Virus record (IMG/VR): IMGVR_UViG_3300021519_000014
Span: 1-53,474 of that record
From: a virus
Lineage: Duplodnaviria > Caudoviricetes
Direction: 5' to 3' (one strand)
DNA: 53,474 nucleotides
Below are positions 27,578 through 35,637 of the stretch, piece after piece (position 1 is the first letter of the stretch; every line of letters begins with the position of its first letter). A program made the position numbers and the translations under genes. The notes under the pieces were generated by a model, which worked only from the letters and a program-made list of their open reading frames with translations, made no database searches and was not told where the DNA came from.

Positions 27578-28198
27578 CTAATCAACCTTTGGACCCGGAA
27601 GATTCTCAAGCGTCTTGATGGTCTTCGCCCTGAACCGCTTTACAAACTCGTCGAGGATCCTGTGCCCGTCGTCGAGCGAGCCCTTGCCGAGCCGCACGAC
27701 GTCCTCGGGGTGGATCACGTACTCGCCGCCGGCGGCGACGATGGGGACCGTTGCGCTGCCGCCTTCCGCCTTGCCCGGCATGGGCGCGTTGTAGGGCAGC
27801 ACGTCGTCGGTGTAGGGCTGGTCGCCCTCGGCCCCATACGGTTCGCCGGACTGGCCGTAAGGTGCGCCGGCGCCCGCCTTTGAGGCGTCGTAGAAGGGTG
27901 AGGTGAAGATCGACTTGGCGACCTTGAAGCCCGCCGTCGTGTTGCCCTCGCCCATGGCCGAGATGATATCAGCCGGAATGACATACGCCCCTGAGGGGAC
28001 GTGCATTGGGAGATGATCCGTTCTTCCGGCAACGGCGCTGTGGATCGCGCCGGTGTGGACCTTGCCCCCGGTGGCGCGCGTCTTGCGCGCCGTGTTCAGG
28101 GCGGCGGCGATGGCCTGCTCGCGCGGACGCCCGGCGTTGAGCATTTCGCCGATGTTGGCGCTGATCGTGGCCTGCGAGGAACCGCGCTTCAAGGGCAC
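27578..28198 (-). CDS. Virion-associated hypothetical protein (206 aa)
   Basis: Two related motifs (VPSGAYVIPADII / AAGGEYVIHPEDVV); GGAG RBS, GTG start. Confidence 0.7.
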   Translation of the reverse strand: MPLKRGSSQATISANIGEMLNAGRPREQAIAAALNTARKTRATGGKVHTGAIHSAVAGRTDHLPMHVPSGAYVIPADIISAMGEGNTTAGFKVAKSIFTSPFYDASKAGAGAPYGQSGEPYGAEGDQPYTDDVLPYNAPMPGKAEGGSATVPIVAAGGEYVIHPEDVVRLGKGSLDDGHRILDEFVKRFRAKTIKTLENLPGPKVD

Positions 28199-28262
28199 TT
28201 AAATACTCCGGGTAACAGGCTACTATACCGCGCCTTGTGAAGACCCCAAAGATGTCACCGTG

Positions 28263-28733
28263 TCAGGATACCCGCAGCACTGTCACGATTATAGACGGCA
28301 TGCCGGGTGCCGCGGGGGGCCCCGCGGTGGCGGCGGCGGCGTAGACGCCCACCGACGTGGCAGTCCCGCCCATCCACAGCTGGTAGTAGTCGCCCACGGT
28401 GGTGCAGTCGAGCTTGATGCCCAACGCCAAGATCGTCGGCTCCGCGTTCAGGCATACTACTTTGGTGTTGCTGTAGACGACGTCCGAGCCGTTTTTGCGG
28501 AACCAGATCGAGCATATCTTGTTGGACGCCGTGGCCTGCACCACCGCCGACACCGAGAAGAAATACGTGCCTACGTTCGGCAGGGTTATGCGCGACGACG
28601 CGGCTAGCGTGATCCCGGCCGTGTCGCTCACCGTGTTGAACGTGAGGACTTGGGCCGTGTTGGTTGCCGCGATCAGTTGCGTCGTGGTGTCGTAGACCAT
28701 GCTGTGCGGCGTCGGACCCGTCCAGTATGACAT
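28263..28733 (-). CDS. Putative tail/virion accessory protein (156 aa)
   Basis: TGATG coupling; beta-rich composition. Confidence 0.6.
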   Translation of the reverse strand: MSYWTGPTPHSMVYDTTTQLIAATNTAQVLTFNTVSDTAGITLAASSRITLPNVGTYFFSVSAVVQATASNKICSIWFRKNGSDVVYSNTKVVCLNAEPTILALGIKLDCTTVGDYYQLWMGGTATSVGVYAAAATAGPPAAPGMPSIIVTVLRVS

Positions 28734-29122
28734 CAGATGATCCCCCACGCGGTGCCGGTTGAAACCAACGTGATGCTTTCGTATTGCACCGACAGGATCT
28801 GCGAGGCGCCCCCGTCGATGAACTCGCCACCGGCGGCGGCGACAGTGATGCCGCCTGCGCCGCTATTCTTGACGATGAACACCTGCCCCTGAATTCCCGC
28901 CGCCGTGGGCAGTGTCACCGTGAACGTGTTGGACGTGCAGTCGACGACGCAGTCGGTCAACGCTATCGTGTAGGTGCCGCTGATTGGCGTGTATTTGACC
29001 TTGAGGGCGGCCCCGAGCGAGGGCTGGATCAGCGTCAGGAAGTCCGCCATCAGGCGCTGGATGCCGTTGATCGCGACGACGCCGTTCTTCTGGACCGTAA
29101 TGACGTCGTCAAGCGATGCCAT
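28733..29122 (-). CDS. Putative tail/virion protein (129 aa)
   Basis: MASLDDVITVQKNGV...TVTLPTAAG...FIVKNSGAG; TGATG coupling. Confidence 0.65.
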   Translation of the reverse strand: MASLDDVITVQKNGVVAINGIQRLMADFLTLIQPSLGAALKVKYTPISGTYTIALTDCVVDCTSNTFTVTLPTAAGIQGQVFIVKNSGAGGITVAAAGGEFIDGGASQILSVQYESITLVSTGTAWGII

Positions 29123-31452
29123 CAGAATTTTCCTGCCGGTGTGATGCGGTAGCGCGGGGCGCCGATGCGCCAGAACGTGTCGATGTCGTTGCTCTCGAAC
29201 TTGATCGACACCAGCCGCCCGCGCAGCCGGGGGGTGATGTACTGGGTCGCCTGTGTCAGCGTGTAGGGGCCGTGGACGCGCGGCGTCTGGCTGGGATAGT
29301 CGGCGACATAGAATGTCATCAGGAGCGAGGCGTTCTGGGCGCCGTTGTAGTAGCCCCACTTGAAGTCGGGCCAGACCTGATCAATGAACGAGAGCAGGTC
29401 ACCGTCCTGCAGCGTGAAGTAGCCCGTCTGGAAGCTGGCCGCCAGCGGCTGGCCGTCGGCGTTCGGCGACGTCTCGTGCTGGAAGATGAGGCCCGTCGGG
29501 GCGCCGCCGATGGGCGGCCCCAGTACCGACTGGTTGATCCACGCCGTGCGCGAGAGGTAGCCGTAGTCCCAGCTGCTGGTGCCCGCAGAGTATTTCACGT
29601 AGGCGTCGATCTCGCCGCCGCCCGCAGTCGTCGGGAAGAACCACGAGATTTCATTGAAACGTGAGTTGGGCGCGCAGCGGATCTTGTCGACGTTCGCCGT
29701 GTCGAGCTGCTGGAACACGAAGTCCCACACGGTGCAGGGAAGGTCGCGCACGCCGTCGCTGTAGATGTAGAACTGCGACGGGCCCATCCAGAACGTGACG
29801 TTGTTCAGGAAGCCGAACGCCTTCTTGGCGATCAGGCCGCAACCCGTCGCCAGCTCGTTGAAATTGTAGACGTCGGGCAGGTTGACGTACTGCATCGCCC
29901 AGAGCGCGAGGTCCGTCCAGAGCAGGCCCTGCTGCGGCCCCTGCGCGCCGCCGATAATGCGGCTGCCCTTGGTCAGGCGGTAGGAACCCGCCTGATTGAC
30001 CGGCGTAGCGATCCACGAGTTGAAATTGTTGAGGTCGCACCACCGGATCAGCAGGTGATCCTGCACACCCGTAAACGTCGAGGCGAGCGCCACGATCTGG
30101 CGCTGCGGCATCGCGAGGAAGACGCTGTGGTTCGTGATAGGCGCCTGCGGGATGATCTGGGCATTCTGCAGGCCTGTCGCGGGCCCCCACTGGAATATCG
30201 GGCCGCCGGGGTCGACGTCTACGGTCTGCGTCGGTGCCCCGTCGGGGGAGGCGATCAGGATTTCGCCCCAGTTATCCAGCGACCAGTCGTCGGCGGTAAT
30301 GGGGAAGCCCACGGCAGCCGAGGGGGTAGTCCCGGTCGAGTAGCCGCCGACGGAGTACCCGCCGGTCGAGTATCCCCCACCGGGGGGAAGTGGCCCATAG
30401 CTGATGTAGTAGACGTAGCGGGCGTCGCCGCCGTTGATCGATTCGGTTTCAGTAGTCTCCGGGTCTTGGGGCGCCTGAATTGTAAACGTGTCGACGGTTG
30501 GCACCGTCAGTACGGTGTAGTCCCCCTCCAGCGTCGTGCTGCCGACCACCGTCGCTATGAGGACAGGGTAGGTATCGCCAACTGCGTACCCGTGGTCGTT
30601 CAGCGTGACCGTGACGATGGATGTCCCTGAGGTCGTGTCGAATACGGCGACGTCGCCGCCGTTGGTGACAGTGGCGGTGGCGAGCGCGGGATCGCCCAGC
30701 ACGTCCGTCGCCGCGATCTGATACGTGGTGGAAGATGCAGAGATGCACGGGTAGACCCCGAACAGGATCAAGCCGCCGACGCTGATGTGCGCCGGGATGA
30801 ACACCGCGTCGTAGCCAGTGATATTGCTGCCGCCGCTGCCGACGGTCCCGGGGACAGTCTGCGCCCCGGTCGTGGCGTTGGCGTAAGACACTGAGCCGGC
30901 ACTGGAGGCCGTCACGGTCGCGGTGGAGTTGTAGCCCCCGGGCGTCACGCCCGCGACGACGACCGCCGCGCCGAGGGGGAAGACATACGTCCCCGCGTAG
31001 GTGATCGTGGCGGTGGTGCCGTCGCCCGAGGCGCCTGTCGTGGCGGCGCTGAAGCCGGGGTCGGCTATGGTGACGATGTCGCTCCCGAGTGTCGTCGTGC
31101 AGTCGACCGCAGTGTTCTGGACGTAGTACTGCGGGGTGATAGGCTGCAGCACACCCCCGTCAACGTCGTAGACGTACAGCGGCGCGCCGACTGCCGGCGT
31201 CGACACTGACGTCTCGCACCCGATGGCTAGGTAATCGTTGGCGAGGTTGTCGCGCCAAGCCCACAGGGCCCTCGGCACGGCAGGCACCGCAGTGGGGTAG
31301 AAGCGCGTCCAGCCCCCGAGCTTCTGCACGAGGCCGAGGTTCTCCCGGTCGCGCATGAAGCGGATCAGTTGGGTCTGGTTGATCGCGGCCTCGTTCAACG
31401 CGGGCGTGCGCTGCGTGTCGACCGTGGGGATCAGCTTCAGGCTGGCGTGCAT
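29122..31452 (-). CDS. Tail nozzle/stabilisation protein (tail tubular B / P22 gp10-like)
   Basis: 776 aa, beta-propeller-like W/D motifs (WSLDNWGE, LIRWCD); follows adaptor gene. Confidence 0.7.
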   Translation of the reverse strand: MHASLKLIPTVDTQRTPALNEAAINQTQLIRFMRDRENLGLVQKLGGWTRFYPTAVPAVPRALWAWRDNLANDYLAIGCETSVSTPAVGAPLYVYDVDGGVLQPITPQYYVQNTAVDCTTTLGSDIVTIADPGFSAATTGASGDGTTATITYAGTYVFPLGAAVVVAGVTPGGYNSTATVTASSAGSVSYANATTGAQTVPGTVGSGGSNITGYDAVFIPAHISVGGLILFGVYPCISASSTTYQIAATDVLGDPALATATVTNGGDVAVFDTTSGTSIVTVTLNDHGYAVGDTYPVLIATVVGSTTLEGDYTVLTVPTVDTFTIQAPQDPETTETESINGGDARYVYYISYGPLPPGGGYSTGGYSVGGYSTGTTPSAAVGFPITADDWSLDNWGEILIASPDGAPTQTVDVDPGGPIFQWGPATGLQNAQIIPQAPITNHSVFLAMPQRQIVALASTFTGVQDHLLIRWCDLNNFNSWIATPVNQAGSYRLTKGSRIIGGAQGPQQGLLWTDLALWAMQYVNLPDVYNFNELATGCGLIAKKAFGFLNNVTFWMGPSQFYIYSDGVRDLPCTVWDFVFQQLDTANVDKIRCAPNSRFNEISWFFPTTAGGGEIDAYVKYSAGTSSWDYGYLSRTAWINQSVLGPPIGGAPTGLIFQHETSPNADGQPLAASFQTGYFTLQDGDLLSFIDQVWPDFKWGYYNGAQNASLLMTFYVADYPSQTPRVHGPYTLTQATQYITPRLRGRLVSIKFESNDIDTFWRIGAPRYRITPAGKF

Positions 31453-31455
31453 CGA

Positions 31456-32181
31456 CTACCCTCGCGTCGGCGTCGCGGCAACCGCCGGCGACATCGACGA
31501 CCACGCCCCCGCCTCAAACTTCTTGCGGGCCTCCTCGACCAGCGCGCTCTTCAGCAGGGTCTGGTACTGCGTCTCGTAGTTGATGGGCATGCCAGCGTCG
31601 TTCGGCTGGCTGGCGCCGAGGGCGAAGTCGCGCTGGTATCCGCTGATGAAGACCATGGAGGCCATGAGGAACAGGTCGGGCAGGTACGTGCTGACGAAGG
31701 TCGTCACGTTCGATGCCGACAACGAGTCAGGGCGAACGGTGCCGACGATCTCCACGCTGTAGTTGGCGTTCGGCCACGGCGCGATCAGAGCCGTGTTCTG
31801 GTTCAGCATCGCCATCCACTGCGGGACGCCCGTCGCGCTGGGGGAGGCGTAGACCGTGTCCATCCAGACTTTGGTCGTCGGCAGCAGGTTGACGCGCGTC
31901 CCCGCGTCGGGGTTCGCGGTGCCGACGGGGGTGATGACGTTGATCTCCTGCACCGTCACGAACTGGGAAATCGGCCACGTGATCTGGCGGCTGCCGGTCG
32001 CGCACGCGAACCCGGAGGCTGCGGTGACAGTCGAAAGCAGGTCGAGGTCGCGATAGATGCGGTTCTCAGCGTAGGTGATGCACTGCGGCAGGTTGGCGAC
32101 GAAATTGACGTCCGTCGGGTCCACGACCGCGAGGTTGGCTAGCTCCGTGACGTATTGCGTGTAGGTAAGGCCGGTGGTCAT
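31456..32181 (-). CDS. Head-tail adaptor (tail tubular A-like)
   Basis: ITYAENRIYRDL...APWPNANY...YLPDLFLMAS pattern; position before nozzle. Confidence 0.65.
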   Translation of the reverse strand: MTTGLTYTQYVTELANLAVVDPTDVNFVANLPQCITYAENRIYRDLDLLSTVTAASGFACATGSRQITWPISQFVTVQEINVITPVGTANPDAGTRVNLLPTTKVWMDTVYASPSATGVPQWMAMLNQNTALIAPWPNANYSVEIVGTVRPDSLSASNVTTFVSTYLPDLFLMASMVFISGYQRDFALGASQPNDAGMPINYETQYQTLLKSALVEEARKKFEAGAWSSMSPAVAATPTRG

Positions 32182-32184
32182 GCC

Positions 32185-32403
32185 CTAGTCCTTGTTCAGT
32201 TGGTTCGTCAAGTCAACCAGCTTGGCACGCTCGGCCGCGAGAAGAGCACCAAACGCCGCCAGCTCGTCGGCCGTCGTCGCCGCCGGGCTCTGCGACAGGG
32301 CCACGCCCCGGCTGACGATCTCGGTCACGTCCATGCCCAGTTTGATTGCCTGCGGCATGAACTGGATGGTTTCACCGAGGATGGCGATGATGGCGCCGAT
32401 CAT
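32185..32403 (-). CDS. Small hypothetical protein at end of lysis cassette (72 aa)
   Basis: GGAGG RBS; amphipathic. Confidence 0.6.
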   Translation of the reverse strand: MIGAIIAILGETIQFMPQAIKLGMDVTEIVSRGVALSQSPAATTADELAAFGALLAAERAKLVDLTNQLNKD

Positions 32404-32404
32404 G

Positions 32405-32785
32405 TCAGCCTCCCTTGGCCGAAGCGAGGATCGACTGGAGGACGGGGATGCCTTGCGTCGCGACTGCGATGGCCGCCACCACTTTGCTCTCGGTGACGCC
32501 GGGGGTCGAGGCGACGTTCATGGCGGCGAACAGCGCCTTGCTGATCTGGTCGTTTGCCGCGCGCAGCTTGGCGACGATGGTTGGATCGGAGCAGGTGATG
32601 ATCGTGCGCGGCTCCGTGCAGCGCGGTCGCTTGTTGTAGGCGACGGCGACGGTCAGGACCGCCTCGTAGGCGATCTCCGCTTCGAGCACCATCTTCTGCG
32701 CCGCCGCCGTATTGACGGTCGGCTGCGGCGACGGCTGGCAGGCCGCCAGCGCGAGGATCAGTATTAACGCTATTGAGTTTTTCAA
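32405..32785 (-). CDS. Lipoprotein (possible spanin component)
   Basis: Signal peptide with lipobox LAAC; AGGAG before TTG start; within lysis cassette. Confidence 0.65.
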   Translation of the reverse strand: MKNSIALILILALAACQPSPQPTVNTAAAQKMVLEAEIAYEAVLTVAVAYNKRPRCTEPRTIITCSDPTIVAKLRAANDQISKALFAAMNVASTPGVTESKVVAAIAVATQGIPVLQSILASAKGG

Positions 32786-32799
32786 CTCATTCTCCTGCG

Positions 32800-33351
32800 C
32801 TAGGGTATATTTCCGCCGACGGGATTAGCCACGCCCGGAGCCGCCTCGGTAATCACCTTCGTCCCCGGCGGGATAGGGTTGCCGGACGGAGACTCGTTCA
32901 TCGGCCCGTAGCAGTCGGCCAGTTTCGCGCCGTTTGTCGATCCGGGGCGGATGACACAGGGGAACGACCACATGTTCGACATGCCGCCGCCGGGAGCCAC
33001 CGTCGTGACGAACGTGCGCGGCTTCGCGGGCGCGACAGCCCAGCTAGGGGCCTGCGGGTACGATAAGTAGGCCACCGAGAACAGCGACCAGACTTTACCC
33101 GGCCCCGGCGGGGCGCAGGAGCCGTTGGTCAGATTGAGGTCGGCAATCGCGGGTCCAGCCAGCACCGGGCAAACCGAATGTCCGAGCGGGTAGACTATAT
33201 CGCCCACCGTGATGGTTTTATTCGGGACGGGCGTCGTGCCGCTGGCCGCGCACAACGCGAACTCGCCGGGGCAGATCGCGAGCTTGATGCCCTGCGCTTG
33301 CGCGGTGGTGCCGATGGCGACGAGGACGAGCGCGAGGACTAGGCGTGTCAT
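32800..33351 (-). CDS. Secreted cysteine-rich protein (183 aa)
   Basis: Signal peptide MTRLVLALVLVAIGTTAQA; six Cys; ATGA overlap with holin. Confidence 0.65.
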   Translation of the reverse strand: MTRLVLALVLVAIGTTAQAQGIKLAICPGEFALCAASGTTPVPNKTITVGDIVYPLGHSVCPVLAGPAIADLNLTNGSCAPPGPGKVWSLFSVAYLSYPQAPSWAVAPAKPRTFVTTVAPGGGMSNMWSFPCVIRPGSTNGAKLADCYGPMNESPSGNPIPPGTKVITEAAPGVANPVGGNIP

Positions 33352-33668
33352 GTTGGCGATACTCCGTTGTCGGCCTTGTCCATCGCCGCAGCGACGACGG
33401 TGGCGGGGGCGGTGGTGGTATCGACCCTCACGGTGACACCGGGCATTGCACCGACAGACAGGGCGATGTTCTTGGGCGAGCGCGTGATAATACCCCAAAC
33501 CACGGTGCCGACGATAGCGATGATCGGTGCCGCCTGCGCGACGAGGTTGGTAAGCTGCCCCGCCTGTTCGTTGGAAAGCCGCCCGCTGGAAACCAGCCAC
33601 GTCAGGCCGATGCAGGCGGCGGTGCGGAGAAGGGACTTCCACTGGTCCTGACTAAGCCCGAGGAACAT
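33348..33668 (-). CDS. Putative holin
   Basis: 106 aa, two hydrophobic segments, directly after endolysin; GGAGG RBS. Confidence 0.65.
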   Translation of the reverse strand: MFLGLSQDQWKSLLRTAACIGLTWLVSSGRLSNEQAGQLTNLVAQAAPIIAIVGTVVWGIITRSPKNIALSVGAMPGVTVRVDTTTAPATVVAAAMDKADNGVSPT

Positions 33669-34389
33669 GATTGCCTCCTAAAGACATACGAGTAAGCACG
33701 CCCACGACTCCGTCAACGTCGCCGCACGCCGGGTGCGCCCGCTGCCACTCCATGACGGCTCGCTTGGTGTCGGGACCGAAGTCGCCGTCTGCCGTAATGC
33801 CGAGGGCTTTCTGGAGCGCCACAACGTCGGGGCCGGGGCTGACACCAATCATCATAAGCCGTGGTGGGGGCGGCGACGCCACGACGCCGTCCTCCGACAG
33901 ACGGGACTTGAACACGTTGACCGCGTCCAGAACGTCACTCAGTCGCTGCGCGTAGTTGGGGTCGGTGGCGTAGCCGTCCGCCGCCAGACGCCGGAAGTAC
34001 TCCTGATCCGACATGGTGTTGTCGTGGTCGAACACGTTCCTGTAGCGGCTGTTGTTCTTCAGGAACTGGAAGTGGTCCTCGATGCCATCCGCCAGAGTCG
34101 AGTAATCGCGGAAGGGTGCCACGATGTGGACGACCGCGCCGTTCTCGACCTCCCACGTTGGCCGCATCACAACCGCGCCCTTCCAGCCGGAAGACGCCTT
34201 GATCCCGAACACGTTGTTGCCGATGGCCGAACGTCCCCAGCCCGTCTCCTGCGCCGCCTGCGCCACGATGGCCTCGGGGCTGCATCCAATCTTGGCGGCG
34301 GACGCCTTGGATGCGCCAAGCATGCGCGCCACCCACTCCAACTTTTTCTGCATGCCGGGGTCGGTGTAGGGCTTGGCGACGACGTACAT
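33652..34389 (-). CDS. Endolysin: GH73/FlgJ-like glucosaminidase plus peptidoglycan-binding domain
   Basis: AQAAQETGWG, NNVFGIKA, FRDY, GYATDPNYA; C-terminal VVALQKAL...DGDFGPDT. Confidence 0.9.
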   Translation of the reverse strand: MYVVAKPYTDPGMQKKLEWVARMLGASKASAAKIGCSPEAIVAQAAQETGWGRSAIGNNVFGIKASSGWKGAVVMRPTWEVENGAVVHIVAPFRDYSTLADGIEDHFQFLKNNSRYRNVFDHDNTMSDQEYFRRLAADGYATDPNYAQRLSDVLDAVNVFKSRLSEDGVVASPPPPRLMMIGVSPGPDVVALQKALGITADGDFGPDTKRAVMEWQRAHPACGDVDGVVGVLTRMSLGGNHVPRA

Positions 34390-34395
34390 GACGCC

Positions 34396-34599
34396 TCACA
34401 GTTTCAGAAAGTTCTTGGCCAGCGCGCCCGTGATCAAGGTCAGCGCACTAAAAATACCAGCCGCCACCACCCACGCGACGTTTTTCAAGGCGCGCAACTC
34501 ATGCCAGACCTGCCGGTTCTGGAGAAAGCACTCTTGAAGATGCGCCGCAAGAGTCTTGTCGATCTCGTGCATCTTTTTAGTGAGTTCAGTCTCGTTCAC
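34396..34599 (-). CDS. Small membrane protein (coiled coil + C-terminal TM), lysis-associated
   Basis: 67 aa with C-terminal hydrophobic helix, upstream of endolysin. Confidence 0.6.
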   Translation of the reverse strand: MNETELTKKMHEIDKTLAAHLQECFLQNRQVWHELRALKNVAWVVAAGIFSALTLITGALAKNFLKL

Positions 34600-34819
34600 G
34601 GCGCGGTTCCTTACGGCTTAGCGGGCGTCGGCCTCGGCCTGCATGACCGCCATTTTGAACTGCAGGGCGAGGTCAGGGTGATCGGCTGCTCAAGCGAATT
34701 TTCGATCTCGGGCATGTTTCATCCTCGTAGTTGCCACTCAAGAATATACCGCATGTCAGGAGAAGGGTAATCTTGACATTATGGCGGGTGATATCTTCAG
34801 CCCCTCGGCAAGCAAGCGC

Positions 34820-35635
34820 CTAATAGACTCCTCGCTCGACAAGCACCGCTTTGTAGAGGTCCAGTGTGACGTCATCTATGGAGCTGATGATCAGCATCCC
34901 CTGTGAAGCCCATCCCGTTCCCGCGATGACAGTAGCCCCCGAGGTTACAAAACCATGATTGAACTTGGCGTCTGTGTATGGCTGCGGAATCGTCAAGGCA
35001 CTGGGTGTTTTTACAACTGTTTCGTCTAGCTCAATCGATCCTTGGATTGCCGCAGCGTTGTATTTGAAAACGACAAGATGATACGCCGTGTTTAGGACGC
35101 TCGCCGCTGTCGCAATAAAAGTGTTTGTTTGATAGTTGCTGTAAAAACGAATAACGCCAGCGGACGTGCAGGCAAGCGCCATGGCTTGCGTCGTGCTGTT
35201 TGTGCCCCCAAAGACAGTGAGGTTACCGGGGGTCAGCGCGCGAAGAAAATATGCCACCGTAAAATCGCCGCTGGGTATGTTCATAAAACTGTTACCCACC
35301 ATCTTTCGGTGGTTAAACCCGGAGATATTGGCCCCCGCCGCGTTCATGCCCGTGCGGAATTCAAATTGAGTTGGGTCGCTCGGATCGTAGCCGCCATAGG
35401 GGTAGTCGTTAGTGGTCAGGGCGTTGAATTGCGGCTGGTTTGCGCCAATAAGTTGACGGCTGCGCCATTGCGCAAGCGTAGCATCCCCGGCTAATTCGCG
35501 TTCATAGCCTTTGGCGTCGACCCAACAGAGAAGGTCTGCACGCGCTTTCAGCGCGCTTTCGGTCTGTGTAAGCGGCGATTGCGGGTAAGCGCCCGTTGCA
35601 ACCTGATCCGAAATTATGAGGCTTTGAATGCCCAT
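34820..35635 (-). CDS. Tail-spike-associated protein, possibly lectin/LamG-like
   Basis: 271 aa, beta-rich, lower GC, directly after the spike gene. Confidence 0.55.
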   Translation of the reverse strand: MGIQSLIISDQVATGAYPQSPLTQTESALKARADLLCWVDAKGYERELAGDATLAQWRSRQLIGANQPQFNALTTNDYPYGGYDPSDPTQFEFRTGMNAAGANISGFNHRKMVGNSFMNIPSGDFTVAYFLRALTPGNLTVFGGTNSTTQAMALACTSAGVIRFYSNYQTNTFIATAASVLNTAYHLVVFKYNAAAIQGSIELDETVVKTPSALTIPQPYTDAKFNHGFVTSGATVIAGTGWASQGMLIISSIDDVTLDLYKAVLVERGVY

Positions 35636-35637
35636 GA

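Noticed and set aside
34610-34722. Tiny ORF or frameshifted remnant upstream of the lysis cassette
   Set aside because: Under 40 codons with an ambiguous frame; unsupported without homologs.
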